DNA of 64,000 bases from an uncultured Clostridia bacterium. Lineage in GTDB: Bacteria > Bacillota > Clostridia > TANB77 > CAG-508. The stretch covers positions 1-64,000 of the forward strand of contig CAUWGC010000001.1 in assembly GCA_963558405.1 (NCBI GenBank), given 5' to 3'. Below the pieces are notes generated by a model. That model made no database searches, had not been told where the DNA came from, and saw nothing but the letters and a program-made list of their open reading frames with translations. This document shows positions 11,690 to 21,798 of the stretch, piece after piece. How positions within the stretch are numbered: position 1 is the first letter of the stretch; the number at the start of each line of letters is the position of its first letter. The position numbers and the translations under genes are program-made.

Positions 11690-13222
11690 ATGGGGTTTTA
11701 TTTTAGAAAATCTGTAAATTTAGGTGGATTAAGATTTAATTTTTCAAAATCAGGAGTTAGTGTATCGACTGGTGTTAAGGGATTTAGAATAGGAAGTGGA
11801 CCAAGAGGAAATTATATCCAAATGGGAAGAAATGGAGTTTACTACAAAAAAACATGGGGAAATTCTAAAAGTAGAGCAAACGAACACAATAATACTCAAA
11901 ATATAAAAAAATATAATCAAAATAATTATACACCAAAAAGTGAGAATGAAGATTTAGATGAATATACTACAGAGGAAATTTGCGATTCATCTTCAATAGA
12001 ATTAGTTGAAGAAATAAAAAACAATTATAGTAAAATTACATTAAAATGGTTTTCTTTATTGTTTGTATTTAATATATATCTATTTATATTGTCTTTTATT
12101 ATATTTGCATATTTAGACTATAAAAGAAAAAATACTATTATATTTTATGATATAGATGAAGAAACTGAAGCGAGATTGCAACAATTTTATGATGCATTTG
12201 ATGAAATAACAAAGTGTAAAAGAAAATGGTATATTTTATCTAAAAATTATAATTTTGATTCTAAATATAATGCAGGAGCATCAAGTTTAGTTAACAGAAA
12301 AGATATTATAATTGCAAACAAAGTTCCTAAATATATAAAGACAAATGTAAAAATTCCATGTATTCCAGTTGGAAAACAAAAATTATATTTTTTCCCAGAT
12401 AAGATTTTAATAATAGAAGGGAAAAAAGTTGGAGCATTATCATATAAAAATTTAGGAATTAGTGTTACAAATGGAAATTTTATTGAAACAGAAATGAAAC
12501 CATGGGATGGAACAGTAGTAGATTATACTTACAAATATGTTAATAAGAGTGGAGGACCAGATAGGAGATTTGCGAATAATCCAAGATATCCAATAATGAG
12601 TTATTCTTACATAAATTTTTATGGAGATAATGGTTTTAATGAATGTATAATGTTATCGAAACAAGGAGTAGGAAATATATTAAAAGAACAAATAGAAATA
12701 TTACAATCACAAAAAGTCTTAGAAAAAGATAATAGTATTAAAGAAAATAAAACTGATAAATTACATGATATAAATGAAGTAATAAAAAATACAGAAAAAT
12801 TTAAAAATGAAGAAATAAATAATAAAATAGAAAATAGTAATGAAAATATTTTAGAAAATTATGACGATAATGAAATAGATTCTTTCTTACTGGAGGCGAT
12901 TGATGTAGTTATTCAAACAGGTCAAGCTTCAACTTCATTTATACAGAGAAGATTTAAAATAGGGTATGCAAGAGCAGGAAGAATAATAGATCAGATGGAA
13001 GAAAGAGGTATTATTTCAGGATATCAAGGAAGTAAGCCAAGAGAAGTATTAATGACAAAAGAAAGATGGTCGCAATTAAAAAATAGTAAGCTTAATAATA
13101 TAGAAGCGGATAATTCAGCAGTTGAAGAAACTAAAGAAGAAATAAAGGAAGATATTGAAGAAAAAATAGAAGAACAAATAGAAATAAAAGATAAAAAGAA
13201 AAATATGTTTTATAAGAAGTAG
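11690..13222 (+). CDS. DUF4236 membrane protein fused to an FtsK gamma (winged-helix) domain
   Basis: N-term MGFYFRKSVNLGGLRFNFSKSG, one TM, NKSGGPDRRF motif, C-term ASTSFIQRRFKIGYARAGRIIDQMEERG. Confidence 0.85.
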   Translation: MGFYFRKSVNLGGLRFNFSKSGVSVSTGVKGFRIGSGPRGNYIQMGRNGVYYKKTWGNSKSRANEHNNTQNIKKYNQNNYTPKSENEDLDEYTTEEICDSSSIELVEEIKNNYSKITLKWFSLLFVFNIYLFILSFIIFAYLDYKRKNTIIFYDIDEETEARLQQFYDAFDEITKCKRKWYILSKNYNFDSKYNAGASSLVNRKDIIIANKVPKYIKTNVKIPCIPVGKQKLYFFPDKILIIEGKKVGALSYKNLGISVTNGNFIETEMKPWDGTVVDYTYKYVNKSGGPDRRFANNPRYPIMSYSYINFYGDNGFNECIMLSKQGVGNILKEQIEILQSQKVLEKDNSIKENKTDKLHDINEVIKNTEKFKNEEINNKIENSNENILENYDDNEIDSFLLEAIDVVIQTGQASTSFIQRRFKIGYARAGRIIDQMEERGIISGYQGSKPREVLMTKERWSQLKNSKLNNIEADNSAVEETKEEIKEDIEEKIEEQIEIKDKKKNMFYKK

Positions 13223-13236
13223 AAGGGGTTGTTGTT

Positions 13237-14668
13237 ATGAAGTTGGATTTAAAGAAAAGCGTAAATACAGTTTTCCAGTTAGCAGACATTATAGATGAAT
13301 ATAATGTAGGAATACAAAGAATATATAAAGATACGGGAACACGGACAAACTGAAAATAATAATCAAACAACAAAAGAAATTGTTAAACTTGAATTATTGC
13401 AGTTTGTTTCTAGAATAATTGGAATTGATGGTAAAATAACACAATCTGAAGTTAATTTTTTAAATAGATATCTAGATTTAGATATAGAGTTAACTATAGA
13501 AAATCTAAAGCAAGTTATAAAAACATCTGGAATATTAAGCGATGATAGTATGAGTATACCAGTAGGAATAATTGTATTTAAAGAAGCAGATAGCAAATTA
13601 AGAGAGAAAAAAGTAATAAATAATGATACTGGAAATATTGCAGATTTTTTAATTAATATATATGAAATTCTTGGAAAAGAAGCAATGATGGTTGATGATG
13701 TAATAGATGATAGGGAAATTGCAGTTTATACAAAATACCTTAATTATTACAAAAAAGAAGCACAAGAATATGAATCTATATATAATTCAAGTAATATAGA
13801 AAGAAACGATAACATTAGTGCAACAAAATTAGATGAAGATAAGAGTTTGCAAGAATTATTAAACGAATTAAATAGCTTAATTGGATTAGAGGATGTAAAA
13901 CAAGATGTGCAATCATTAATCAATTTAATACAAATTAGAAGAATTAGAGAAAAAAGAAATCTAAAACAACAACCAATGTCATTACATTTAGTATTTATGG
14001 GAAATCCAGGAACAGGTAAAACTACTGTAGCAAGGTTATTAGCACGTATTTATAATAAAATTGGAGTACTAAGTCAAGGACAATTAGTAGAAGTTGATAG
14101 ATCTGGATTAGTTGGAGGATATGTTGGACAAACGGCACTAAAAGTGCAGGAGGTGGTAAAGTCAGCAATAGGTGGAATACTTTTTATTGATGAAGCATAC
14201 TCTCTTACTTCAAATAAAGATGGAAATGACTATGGACAAGAAGCAATAGATACATTGTTAAAAGCAATGGAAGATCATAGAGATAATCTTATAGTGATAG
14301 TAGCAGGATATACAAATCTGATGGAAGACTTTTTAGAGTCAAATCCTGGTTTGAAATCTAGATTTAATAAATACTTATTCTTTAAAGATTATACACCTGA
14401 AGAATTGTATTCAATATTTGAAAAAATGTGCAAAGGCTATAAATTTAATATAACTGATGAAGCACAAGAATATGTAAAAGATTATTTTGAAAAAAGATAT
14501 ATTCATCGTAACGAAAATTTTGCTAACGGAAGAGATGTTAGAAATTTCTTTGAAAAGGCATTAATAAGACAAGCAGATAGATTATCTAATAAAGGAAATA
14601 ACTTGACTGATGAAGAATTATCAGAATTAACTTTATATGATGTTGAAGAAATAAAATTAAAGGATTAA
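13237..14668 (+). CDS. TerB-like domain + SpoVK/CbbX-type AAA ATPase; needs +1 shift at CGG 13342
   Basis: AAGGGG RBS and ATG 13237; frame 0 stops at 13353 and +1 frame continues into the 13397 ORF; IDGKITQSE, GNPGTGKTT, FIDEAY, NPGLKSRF, NGRDVRN. Confidence 0.8.
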
Positions 14669-14674
14669 TAAGGT

Positions 14675-15388
14675 ATGAAATGTTATAAATGCGGTAATGA
14701 TATTGAAGATAATTTAGAATGTCCATTTTGTGGATATATAAATAAGGAAGAAACAAAGAAGAATATTAGAGCTAATGATAGAAAAATTGATTATTCTAAT
14801 AATGGAAAAAAGAATGAAAGATATGAAAATGATAAAGCTAGCAATAAAGTGATTAATGTCATCTGCAAAATTTTGTGTTATATGCAAGTTGCTTTTTCAA
14901 TTATGATGGCTTTAGTTTGTTTTGCATTAGAAAAACCATTTTTCCCATTCATTAGCTGGAGTATTGTTGCATTAGCATTCACACCAAAAATAAAACAGAT
15001 AATAATCAGTAAAATACCGAAGATAAAAAAATGGATGATTCCAATAAGAATTGTATTAATTATTTTAGCAATGGTTATTTTTATATCTAATTTATCTCAA
15101 ATTTACGAAGATGAATGGGTATCAAATAATGGAATGAGTGTTAAATTAAAGGATAATATTGCAGTTGTCGTTGAAGATGGTGCAGAATATCATGGAAATT
15201 ATAAAACACAATATATTGATGGAATAACCAATATTAATGTTACCACTGAAAGTAAGAATTTTAAATTTTATTTTACATATAATAATGATATTGTTGAATT
15301 TTACTATATGAGAGATAATGAAAAAATATATTTAGTACCTAAAGTGAAAAAATCAACTTATACATATATAGAAAGTGAAAATAAATAG
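14675..15388 (+). CDS. Zinc-ribbon membrane protein
   Basis: CYKC..CPFC N-terminus, three hydrophobic segments. Confidence 0.75.
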   Translation: MKCYKCGNDIEDNLECPFCGYINKEETKKNIRANDRKIDYSNNGKKNERYENDKASNKVINVICKILCYMQVAFSIMMALVCFALEKPFFPFISWSIVALAFTPKIKQIIISKIPKIKKWMIPIRIVLIILAMVIFISNLSQIYEDEWVSNNGMSVKLKDNIAVVVEDGAEYHGNYKTQYIDGITNINVTTESKNFKFYFTYNNDIVEFYYMRDNEKIYLVPKVKKSTYTYIESENK

Positions 15389-15441
15389 TAAAACATAGTA
15401 GATAATGTAATAACAATTATATTTTACTAGGAGATGATGGA

Positions 15442-17784
15442 TTGTTTGAAAATTTAGAAAAAGAAGAATTAATACAAATAATAGAGAACCTAAAAAAAGA
15501 AAACAAAGATTTAAAAGAACAATTACATGGAAAAGTAGAAAAAGAAGAAACTGAACAAGAACAAAAAAATATTTCAAGTGATGAAAAAATTAAAATTTTC
15601 ATGGAAGTGTTTAATGGAAGAAATGATTTATATGCAAAAAGATGGGTGAGTAACAAAACAGGTAAATCGGGATATTCACCAGTGTGTAAGAATGAATTTA
15701 GTACATATAAATGTGATAAGCCAAGAGTAAAATGTAGTGAATGCCCATATAGAGAATTATTGCCCTTAACAGAAGATATTGTTTTAAAACATTTAAAAGG
15801 TGATATAACAATAGGAATATATCCTTTATTGCCAGGAGATTTGTGTAATTTTTTAGCAATAGATTTTGATAAAAAAACTTATGAAAAAGATGTAGGTGCA
15901 TTCTGGAATATATGTGATGAATTAGATATACCAGTATATGTAGAAAAATCTCGTTCAGGAAATGGAGCTCATGTATGGATATTTTTTGAGGAAAGTATGC
16001 CAGCTAGAATTGCCAGAAAAATGGGAAACATATTATTAACTAAAACAATGGAAAAAGCATCATTAGACTTAGATTCTTATGATAGATTGTTTCCTAATCA
16101 AGATACAATGCCAAAAGGTGGATTTGGAAATCTAATTGCTCTACCTTTTCAAGGAGAAAGTAGCAAGAATGGGAATACAGTTTTTGTAGATAAATACTTT
16201 GAAGTTCAAGAAAATCAATTAAATATATTAAATAATATAAGAAGAATGAAAAGTGATGAAATATATGCATTTATTGATAAATATAGAGATGATGATTATA
16301 AGGAACCAGAAGTGGAAGAAATATTAGATGATGATATTCCTAAAAAAGAAAATATAAAGGATATAACATTTATAAATAATGTAGAATGCATAATTGAAAA
16401 TCAAATATATATTAAGAAATTAAAATTACTTCCTAATGAAATAACATATTTGAAAAGATTAGCAAGTTTTACAAATCCAAAATTTTATGAATTACAAAAA
16501 TTAAGAATGCCAATATTCTATAAAACAACTCCTAGAATAATAAGTTGTTTTGAAGAAGATGATAGATTTTTAATTTTACCAAGAGGATGTTTAGAAAAAA
16601 TTAAAGAGATATGTGAAAAGAGTAGTGTTAATTTAATAGTAAAAGACAAAAGAGAAAGAGGAATAGAAACTGATTACAAATTTATTGGAAAATTAAATAA
16701 AAAGCAAGAGAATGCAATGAATGAACTAATAGCTCATGAAACAGGAGTATTATGTGCAACAACAGGATTTGGAAAAACAGTTATTGGAGCTAATATTATT
16801 TCAAAATTAAAAACAAATACGTTAATAATAGTAAATAGGAATAATTTACTTGATCAATGGAAAGAAAGGCTATCTTATTTTTTAGATATAAATAAAAAAG
16901 AAATAGGTCAATGTGGAGCAAGTAAAGAAAATCTAAATGGTAAATTAGATGTGGCAAGTTTCCAATCTTTATTTAAAAAGGATAATATAGAAGAACTAGT
17001 GAAAAATTATGGATTAGTCATTGTAGATGAATGTCATCATGTTGCAGCATTTAGTTTTGAAAAAGTATTGAAATCTATAAGAAGTAAATATGTATATGGA
17101 TTAACAGCAACTCCAACTAGAAAAGATGGATGGCATAAAATAATTTATATGCAATGTGGAGATATAAGAGTTAGAGTCTCAAATAAAGAATTAAAACAGA
17201 ATAAAGAAATGGAACATACTGTAATTGTAAAGAAAACTAATTATAAATATATTCCTACAGAAGAAAAAGATAAGATACAAATTGCAGAAGTACTTAATGA
17301 TATGTGCCATAATGTTTTCAGAAATAGTTTAATAATTGAAGATATTAACAAATGTATTGAAGAAGGTAGAATACCGATAGTTCTAACTGAAAGAGTGGAA
17401 CATTTAAATGTATTAAAAGAACAATTAGAAAAACTTGAAGTACCAGTTGTTATATACAAAGGAAATATGGGAAAAAAGAAAACGAAAGAAATACAAGATA
17501 TAATAAAAGAGGCAGATGAAAATAATAAATCAAGAATAATTCTAGCAACAAGCAGTTCTATAGGAGAAGGTTTTGATGATAGTAGATTAGATACACTATT
17601 CTTAACAATGCCAGTTTCATGGAAAGGAAGAATTATTCAATATGTAGGCAGGCTGCATAGAGAGCATGAAGATAAAGAAAAAGTGATTGTTTATGATTAT
17701 TTAGATAATATGAAAGTATTAGAAAAAATGTATAACAGAAGGATAAAAGGATATAAAATGGCTGGATATGAAATTATAGAATGA
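15442..17784 (+). CDS. Archaeo-eukaryotic primase domain (TOTE-type) fused to SF2 helicase
   Basis: LAIDFD, SRSGNGAH, GNLIALP; TTGFGKT, DECHH, TAT, QYVGR. Confidence 0.85.
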   Translation: MFENLEKEELIQIIENLKKENKDLKEQLHGKVEKEETEQEQKNISSDEKIKIFMEVFNGRNDLYAKRWVSNKTGKSGYSPVCKNEFSTYKCDKPRVKCSECPYRELLPLTEDIVLKHLKGDITIGIYPLLPGDLCNFLAIDFDKKTYEKDVGAFWNICDELDIPVYVEKSRSGNGAHVWIFFEESMPARIARKMGNILLTKTMEKASLDLDSYDRLFPNQDTMPKGGFGNLIALPFQGESSKNGNTVFVDKYFEVQENQLNILNNIRRMKSDEIYAFIDKYRDDDYKEPEVEEILDDDIPKKENIKDITFINNVECIIENQIYIKKLKLLPNEITYLKRLASFTNPKFYELQKLRMPIFYKTTPRIISCFEEDDRFLILPRGCLEKIKEICEKSSVNLIVKDKRERGIETDYKFIGKLNKKQENAMNELIAHETGVLCATTGFGKTVIGANIISKLKTNTLIIVNRNNLLDQWKERLSYFLDINKKEIGQCGASKENLNGKLDVASFQSLFKKDNIEELVKNYGLVIVDECHHVAAFSFEKVLKSIRSKYVYGLTATPTRKDGWHKIIYMQCGDIRVRVSNKELKQNKEMEHTVIVKKTNYKYIPTEEKDKIQIAEVLNDMCHNVFRNSLIIEDINKCIEEGRIPIVLTERVEHLNVLKEQLEKLEVPVVIYKGNMGKKKTKEIQDIIKEADENNKSRIILATSSSIGEGFDDSRLDTLFLTMPVSWKGRIIQYVGRLHREHEDKEKVIVYDYLDNMKVLEKMYNRRIKGYKMAGYEIIE

Positions 17785-17849
17785 AGTTAATTATTAAAAT
17801 ATTTTTCAAAACTACTTGATTTATATAAAAAGTTATGTTAAATTATAAC

Positions 17850-17956
17850 CATAGAATCAAACATAAAATATTATTATAAATGCAAGCTCGTATTTTTGCA
17901 CACGGATGTGTCAAACGAGCCAGAATAACCGATGTATTAATTCGTCGGTTTTTTCT
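17850..17956 (+). ncRNA. Candidate small RNA (hairpin + terminator)
   Basis: Possible TTGATT/TTAAAT promoter; stem GCTCGT..TTTGCACA/TGTGTCAAACGAGC, then AACCGATG/CGTCGGTT-TTTT. Confidence 0.4.
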
Positions 17957-18071
17957 TTATATTTTATATTATTTATATTAAAAAAATTGACTTTTTTATA
18001 AAATATGATATTATTAAGATATAGATATAAAAAATAAAAAAGGATGTTTAACTCATGAGGAATATTTAAAG

Positions 18072-18419
18072 TTGAAAACTCTTAAAGGAAATGAAAGACG
18101 AACTTATTTAAAGAAACTTGCTAAATTTCGAGAAAAAATATTCAAAAAAATAGGATTCAAACTGCCTAAAAAGTGGATAACGTATATGGAAATAGATAAA
18201 ATAAAAAGTAATAGACCAATTATTGAGCTTAGAGGAAAGAAATATTATCAGATTCTTGAATTTTATAACCAATATAATAAATTACCTTATCCATGTATAA
18301 TTGATAATGATAATAATTTGTTAGATGGTTATAATCTGATTTTATTTGCAAGAGAATTTGATATTAAAACGATTCCTACAATAAAACTGGAAAATGTGAT
18401 TTTAACAAAAAGAGCTTAA
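18072..18419 (+). CDS. Hypothetical protein with ParB-N-like segment
   Basis: PCIID...LLDGY...IP pattern; own TTGACT/TATTAT promoter and downstream hairpin AAAAGAGCTT/AAGCTCTTTT. Confidence 0.55.
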   Translation: MKTLKGNERRTYLKKLAKFREKIFKKIGFKLPKKWITYMEIDKIKSNRPIIELRGKKYYQILEFYNQYNKLPYPCIIDNDNNLLDGYNLILFAREFDIKTIPTIKLENVILTKRA

Positions 18420-18555
18420 TAAGCTCTTTTTGTTGTGTGAAACTGTATCTCAAAAATTCTACCTCGATAAGAGAAAAATAAAGTATGTTAAAATTGGCAT
18501 AGAAACCAAATAAATAGAAAGATATGTGAATTGAAAAATATTCTAAAATACAATA

Positions 18556-18587
18556 AACCCTTAGAAGTAAAACTTCTAAGGGTTTTA
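18556..18587 (-). terminator. Terminator of rplM-rpsI
   Basis: AAACCCTTAGAAGT-AAA-ACTTCTAAGGGTTT. Confidence 0.8.
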
Positions 18588-18598
18588 TAAAAACTATT

Positions 18599-19006
18599 TT
18601 ATCTCTTGCTGAATTGTGGTGCGCGTCTTGCTTTTTTAAGACCGTATTTTTTTCTTTCTTTCATTCTTGGATCTCTTGTTAAGAATCCGTTTGCTTTTAA
18701 GATTGGTCTATGTTCACCATTAGCTTCTAATAATGCTCTAGAGATACCATGACGGATAGCTCCAGCTTGACCTGTAAATCCACCACCAATTACTTTACAA
18801 ATAACGTCGTATTTATCTACTGTATTTGTAACTGTTAAAGGTTGTCTTACAATAACTTTTAATGTTTCTGTTCCAAAATATTCATTAATATCTTTTCCAT
18901 TTATAACAATTTTTCCAGAACCTTCTACTAGTCTTACTCTAGCGATAGCTTGTTTTCTTCTACCAGTTCCATAAAACATAATTTTTTCTGTTTTAGATTT
19001 AGCCAT
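18599..19006 (-). CDS. rpsI: 30S ribosomal protein S9
   Basis: [26 protein letters not shown]. Confidence 0.99.
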   Translation of the reverse strand: MAKSKTEKIMFYGTGRRKQAIARVRLVEGSGKIVINGKDINEYFGTETLKVIVRQPLTVTNTVDKYDVICKVIGGGFTGQAGAIRHGISRALLEANGEHRPILKANGFLTRDPRMKERKKYGLKKARRAPQFSKR

Positions 19007-19023
19007 TTTTATTTATCTCCTTC

Positions 19024-19458
19024 CTAAAAATTCCATACTTCTGGTTTTTGAGCAATGTTTTCATGTTCACTACCAGCATATACTCTTAATTTTTTTGCTT
19101 GAGCTCTTCCTAAAGAATTATGTGGTAACATTCCTGTAACAGCAAGTGTCATCATTTTAGTAGGATTGTTTGATAGCATATCTTTAGCAGATGTTTCTTT
19201 CATTCCACCAATGTATCCAGAATGATGTCTGTATACTTTTTGATTTAACTTGTTTCCTGTTAAAACAACATCTTTACAATTTAAAATAATAACGTGATCA
19301 CCAACATCTATATTTGGTGTAAAAGTAGTTTTGTGTTTTCCTCTTAATAATTTTGCAGCTTCGGCAGCAACTCTACCAAGTGGTTTTCCACTTGCGTCGA
19401 TTATGTACCATTTGCTTTCAACTTCATTTTTTTTAGCACTATAAGTTGTATTATTCAT
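19024..19458 (-). CDS. rplM: 50S ribosomal protein L13
   Basis: LGRVA, GKHK..FTP, GMLP. Confidence 0.99.
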   Translation of the reverse strand: MNNTTYSAKKNEVESKWYIIDASGKPLGRVAAEAAKLLRGKHKTTFTPNIDVGDHVIILNCKDVVLTGNKLNQKVYRHHSGYIGGMKETSAKDMLSNNPTKMMTLAVTGMLPHNSLGRAQAKKLRVYAGSEHENIAQKPEVWNF

Positions 19459-19464
19459 GGTAAT

Positions 19465-19545
19465 AAATACCCTCCATTCATGATTAATTTTTATATTTTA
19501 AACTAAATAAAAAACCACCGGGGAGAAGTTTTTATTTAAAGTTTA
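19465..19545 (-). promoter_or_regulatory. Probable L13 leader
   Basis: Stem with CCCCGG element (AAAACTTCTCCCCGGTGGTTTT on -) in the rplM 5' UTR. Confidence 0.45.
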
Positions 19546-19649
19546 TTCATACTAATGCCATATTATTTTAATACAAAAAGTAAAAAAAGTCAAGAAAATT
19601 TTGTAAAATACTTGACTTTTACATGAAAAAGGGGTAAAATTATTCTTGT

Positions 19650-19775
19650 CATGAAGAAGAAGCAATCCACTTCTCACCTTATCTTATTGGAAAAAGGTTA
19701 TAACGTAGTAACAAATATTTATTTTTTACAGGAAAAGTGGGTTGGTTTACAAATATGTAAATCAATTTTTTTTGT
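19650..19775 (+). promoter_or_regulatory. L20 leader of infC-rpmI-rplT
   Basis: TTGACT/TAAAAT promoter, then CAATCCACTTCTC..GAAAAGTGGGTTG pairing and a T-rich attenuator. Confidence 0.65.
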
Positions 19776-19808
19776 GTCAAACCTAAAATATTTATGGGGG
19801 TGTTTTAG

Positions 19809-20324
19809 ATTAAACAAGAATTACTAGTAAATGAACAAATCAGAATTGCAAAAGTGCAAGTTATAGGAGAAAATGGTGAAAAACTAGGTATTATGAATAC
19901 TAGAGATGCTATCCAAGTAGCTGAAGAAAAAAAATTAGATTTAGTATTAGTTTCGCCAAATGCAGAGGTTCCGGTTTGTAAAATCATGAATTACGGAAAA
20001 TACAAATTTGAACAAGCAAAAAAAGAAAAAGAGGCTAGAAAAAAACAAAAGAGTTTTGAGGTTAAAGAAATTCGTATTACTCCAAATATTGATGTTCATG
20101 ACTTTGAATTTAAATGTAAAAATGCAAGAAAATTTATAGAAGACGGAGACAAAGTAAAAATTACAGTTAAATTTAGAGGAAGAGAATTAAATTATTCTAA
20201 GTTAGGTGAAAAAGTATTAAATGATTTTACAGAAAAATTATCAGATATTGCTTCACCAGAAAAGAAACCTATTTTAGATGGTAAAAATATGTTTATTATT
20301 TTAGCTAAAAAAGCTGAAATCTAA
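19809..20324 (+). CDS. infC: Translation initiation factor IF-3 (ATT start)
   Basis: GGGGGTG RBS then ATT in frame with NEQIR..DLVLV..PVCKIMNYGK. Confidence 0.97.
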   Translation: MKQELLVNEQIRIAKVQVIGENGEKLGIMNTRDAIQVAEEKKLDLVLVSPNAEVPVCKIMNYGKYKFEQAKKEKEARKKQKSFEVKEIRITPNIDVHDFEFKCKNARKFIEDGDKVKITVKFRGRELNYSKLGEKVLNDFTEKLSDIASPEKKPILDGKNMFIILAKKAEI

Positions 20325-20354
20325 ATAGATAACAATTCGAAAGGAGAAAAAATT

Positions 20355-20555
20355 ATGCCAAAATTAAAAACAAATAAAGCTGCAAAGAAAAGATATTCTT
20401 ATACAGCAACAGGTAAAGTTAAAAGAACAACATCAAATGGAAGACACTTATTAGCAAACAAAACAAAAAGACAAAAAATGTCAAGAAAAGCAAATAGCTA
20501 TGCTGACAAAACATGTGAAGCAGGAATTAAAAAACTTCTTCCATATGGAAACTAG
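20355..20555 (+). CDS. rpmI: 50S ribosomal protein L35
   Basis: MPKLKT..AAKKR; operon position. Confidence 0.97.
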   Translation: MPKLKTNKAAKKRYSYTATGKVKRTTSNGRHLLANKTKRQKMSRKANSYADKTCEAGIKKLLPYGN

Positions 20556-20586
20556 AAAATTGATTTTAAAGGGAAGGTGAATATAA

Positions 20587-20937
20587 ATGGCAAGAGTAAA
20601 AACAGGTAGAATTACACGTAAAAAACATAAAAAAGTATTAAAACAAGCAAAAGGATACTATGGAGCAAAAGGATATCGTTTTAGAATGGCTAAACAAGCT
20701 GTTATGAAATCTGGTATGTATGCTTATGTAGGAAGAAAAGATAAAAAAAGCAATTTTAGAAAATTATGGATTGCAAGAATTAATGCAGGTGCTAGACAAA
20801 ATGGTTTAACATATAGCAAAATGATTGCAGGTCTTAAAAAAGCAAATATTGTAATAAACAGAAAAATGCTTGCAGAACTTGCAGTAAATGATCCAGCTGC
20901 TTTTACAAAATTAGCAGAAATAGCAAAAAATGCATAA
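20587..20937 (+). CDS. rplT: 50S ribosomal protein L20
   Basis: [22 protein letters not shown]. Confidence 0.99.
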   Translation: MARVKTGRITRKKHKKVLKQAKGYYGAKGYRFRMAKQAVMKSGMYAYVGRKDKKSNFRKLWIARINAGARQNGLTYSKMIAGLKKANIVINRKMLAELAVNDPAAFTKLAEIAKNA

Positions 20938-21065
20938 ATTTAAAAGTTAAGATGATAGAAAAATAAAAGAATTCCAAAAAAATAGAATTCTTTTATTTTT
21001 TTTGCATAAATTAGCTATTTTAGGAAAATATATAATTAAATAATTAAAATATGGAGGTTGATAAA

Positions 21066-21278
21066 ATGGCAATGGAAAAACATTTAAACATAACAAGTGC
21101 TTCTACTGTATCTTGGAAAGATGCTATTGTTCAAGCTGTTGCAGAAGCATCAAAAACTATTGATTATATATCATCAGTAAAAGTAATAGAACAAAGAGCT
21201 AAGGTAAATGGTAAAAAAATCACAGAGTACTATGTTGATTTAGATTTATCATTTATTATTGATAGAGATAGAGATTAA
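21066..21278 (+). CDS. Dodecin family protein
   Basis: SWKDAI..AV.EASKT, EYYV pattern; ~70 aa. Confidence 0.8.
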   Translation: MAMEKHLNITSASTVSWKDAIVQAVAEASKTIDYISSVKVIEQRAKVNGKKITEYYVDLDLSFIIDRDRD

Positions 21279-21291
21279 AAAGGAGGTTTTT

Positions 21292-21735
21292 ATGAAGCAA
21301 ATAGAAACACCAAAAGAATACCAAGAGTATGTAGAGAAAAAATCTCCTAATTCACCAATTTTAAAAAATTGTTTTAATGCTTTTTGGGTAGGAGGACTTA
21401 TTTGTTCTATAGGACAGCTTATAACTTATTATTGTAAATTTAGAGGAGCTGATCAGCAAACAGCAGGGACTATTGTTTCTATTGTATTAATTGGAATTAG
21501 TGCATTTTTAACTGGACTTAATATTTTTAATAAAATAGGAAAGTTTGCAGGAGCTGGTTCATTAGTTCCAATTACAGGTTTTGCAAATTCAATAGTATCA
21601 CCTGCAATGGAATATAAATCAGAAGGTTATGTAATGGGTGTTGGAGGCAAAATGTTTACTATAGCAGGTCCTGTATTAGTATTTGGTATATCTACATCTA
21701 TTATAGTAGGAATTATAGCTTTATTATTTATTTAA
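21292..21735 (+). CDS. spoVAC: Stage V sporulation protein AC
   Basis: AF.VGGLIC.IGQ, GAGSLVPITGFAN. Confidence 0.93.
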   Translation: MKQIETPKEYQEYVEKKSPNSPILKNCFNAFWVGGLICSIGQLITYYCKFRGADQQTAGTIVSIVLIGISAFLTGLNIFNKIGKFAGAGSLVPITGFANSIVSPAMEYKSEGYVMGVGGKMFTIAGPVLVFGISTSIIVGIIALLFI

Positions 21736-21798
21736 AATTTAGAGGAAAGGGATTAATCATTAAATAAATTTTTATTTGGTTAATTATAAAATATAAAA

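Noticed and set aside
18420-18598. attR copy of the tRNA-Asn 3' end
   Set aside because: No repeat of the tRNA end seen; right boundary remains approximate
19809-19811. ATT start of infC
   Set aside because: Well-known autoregulatory feature, not novel
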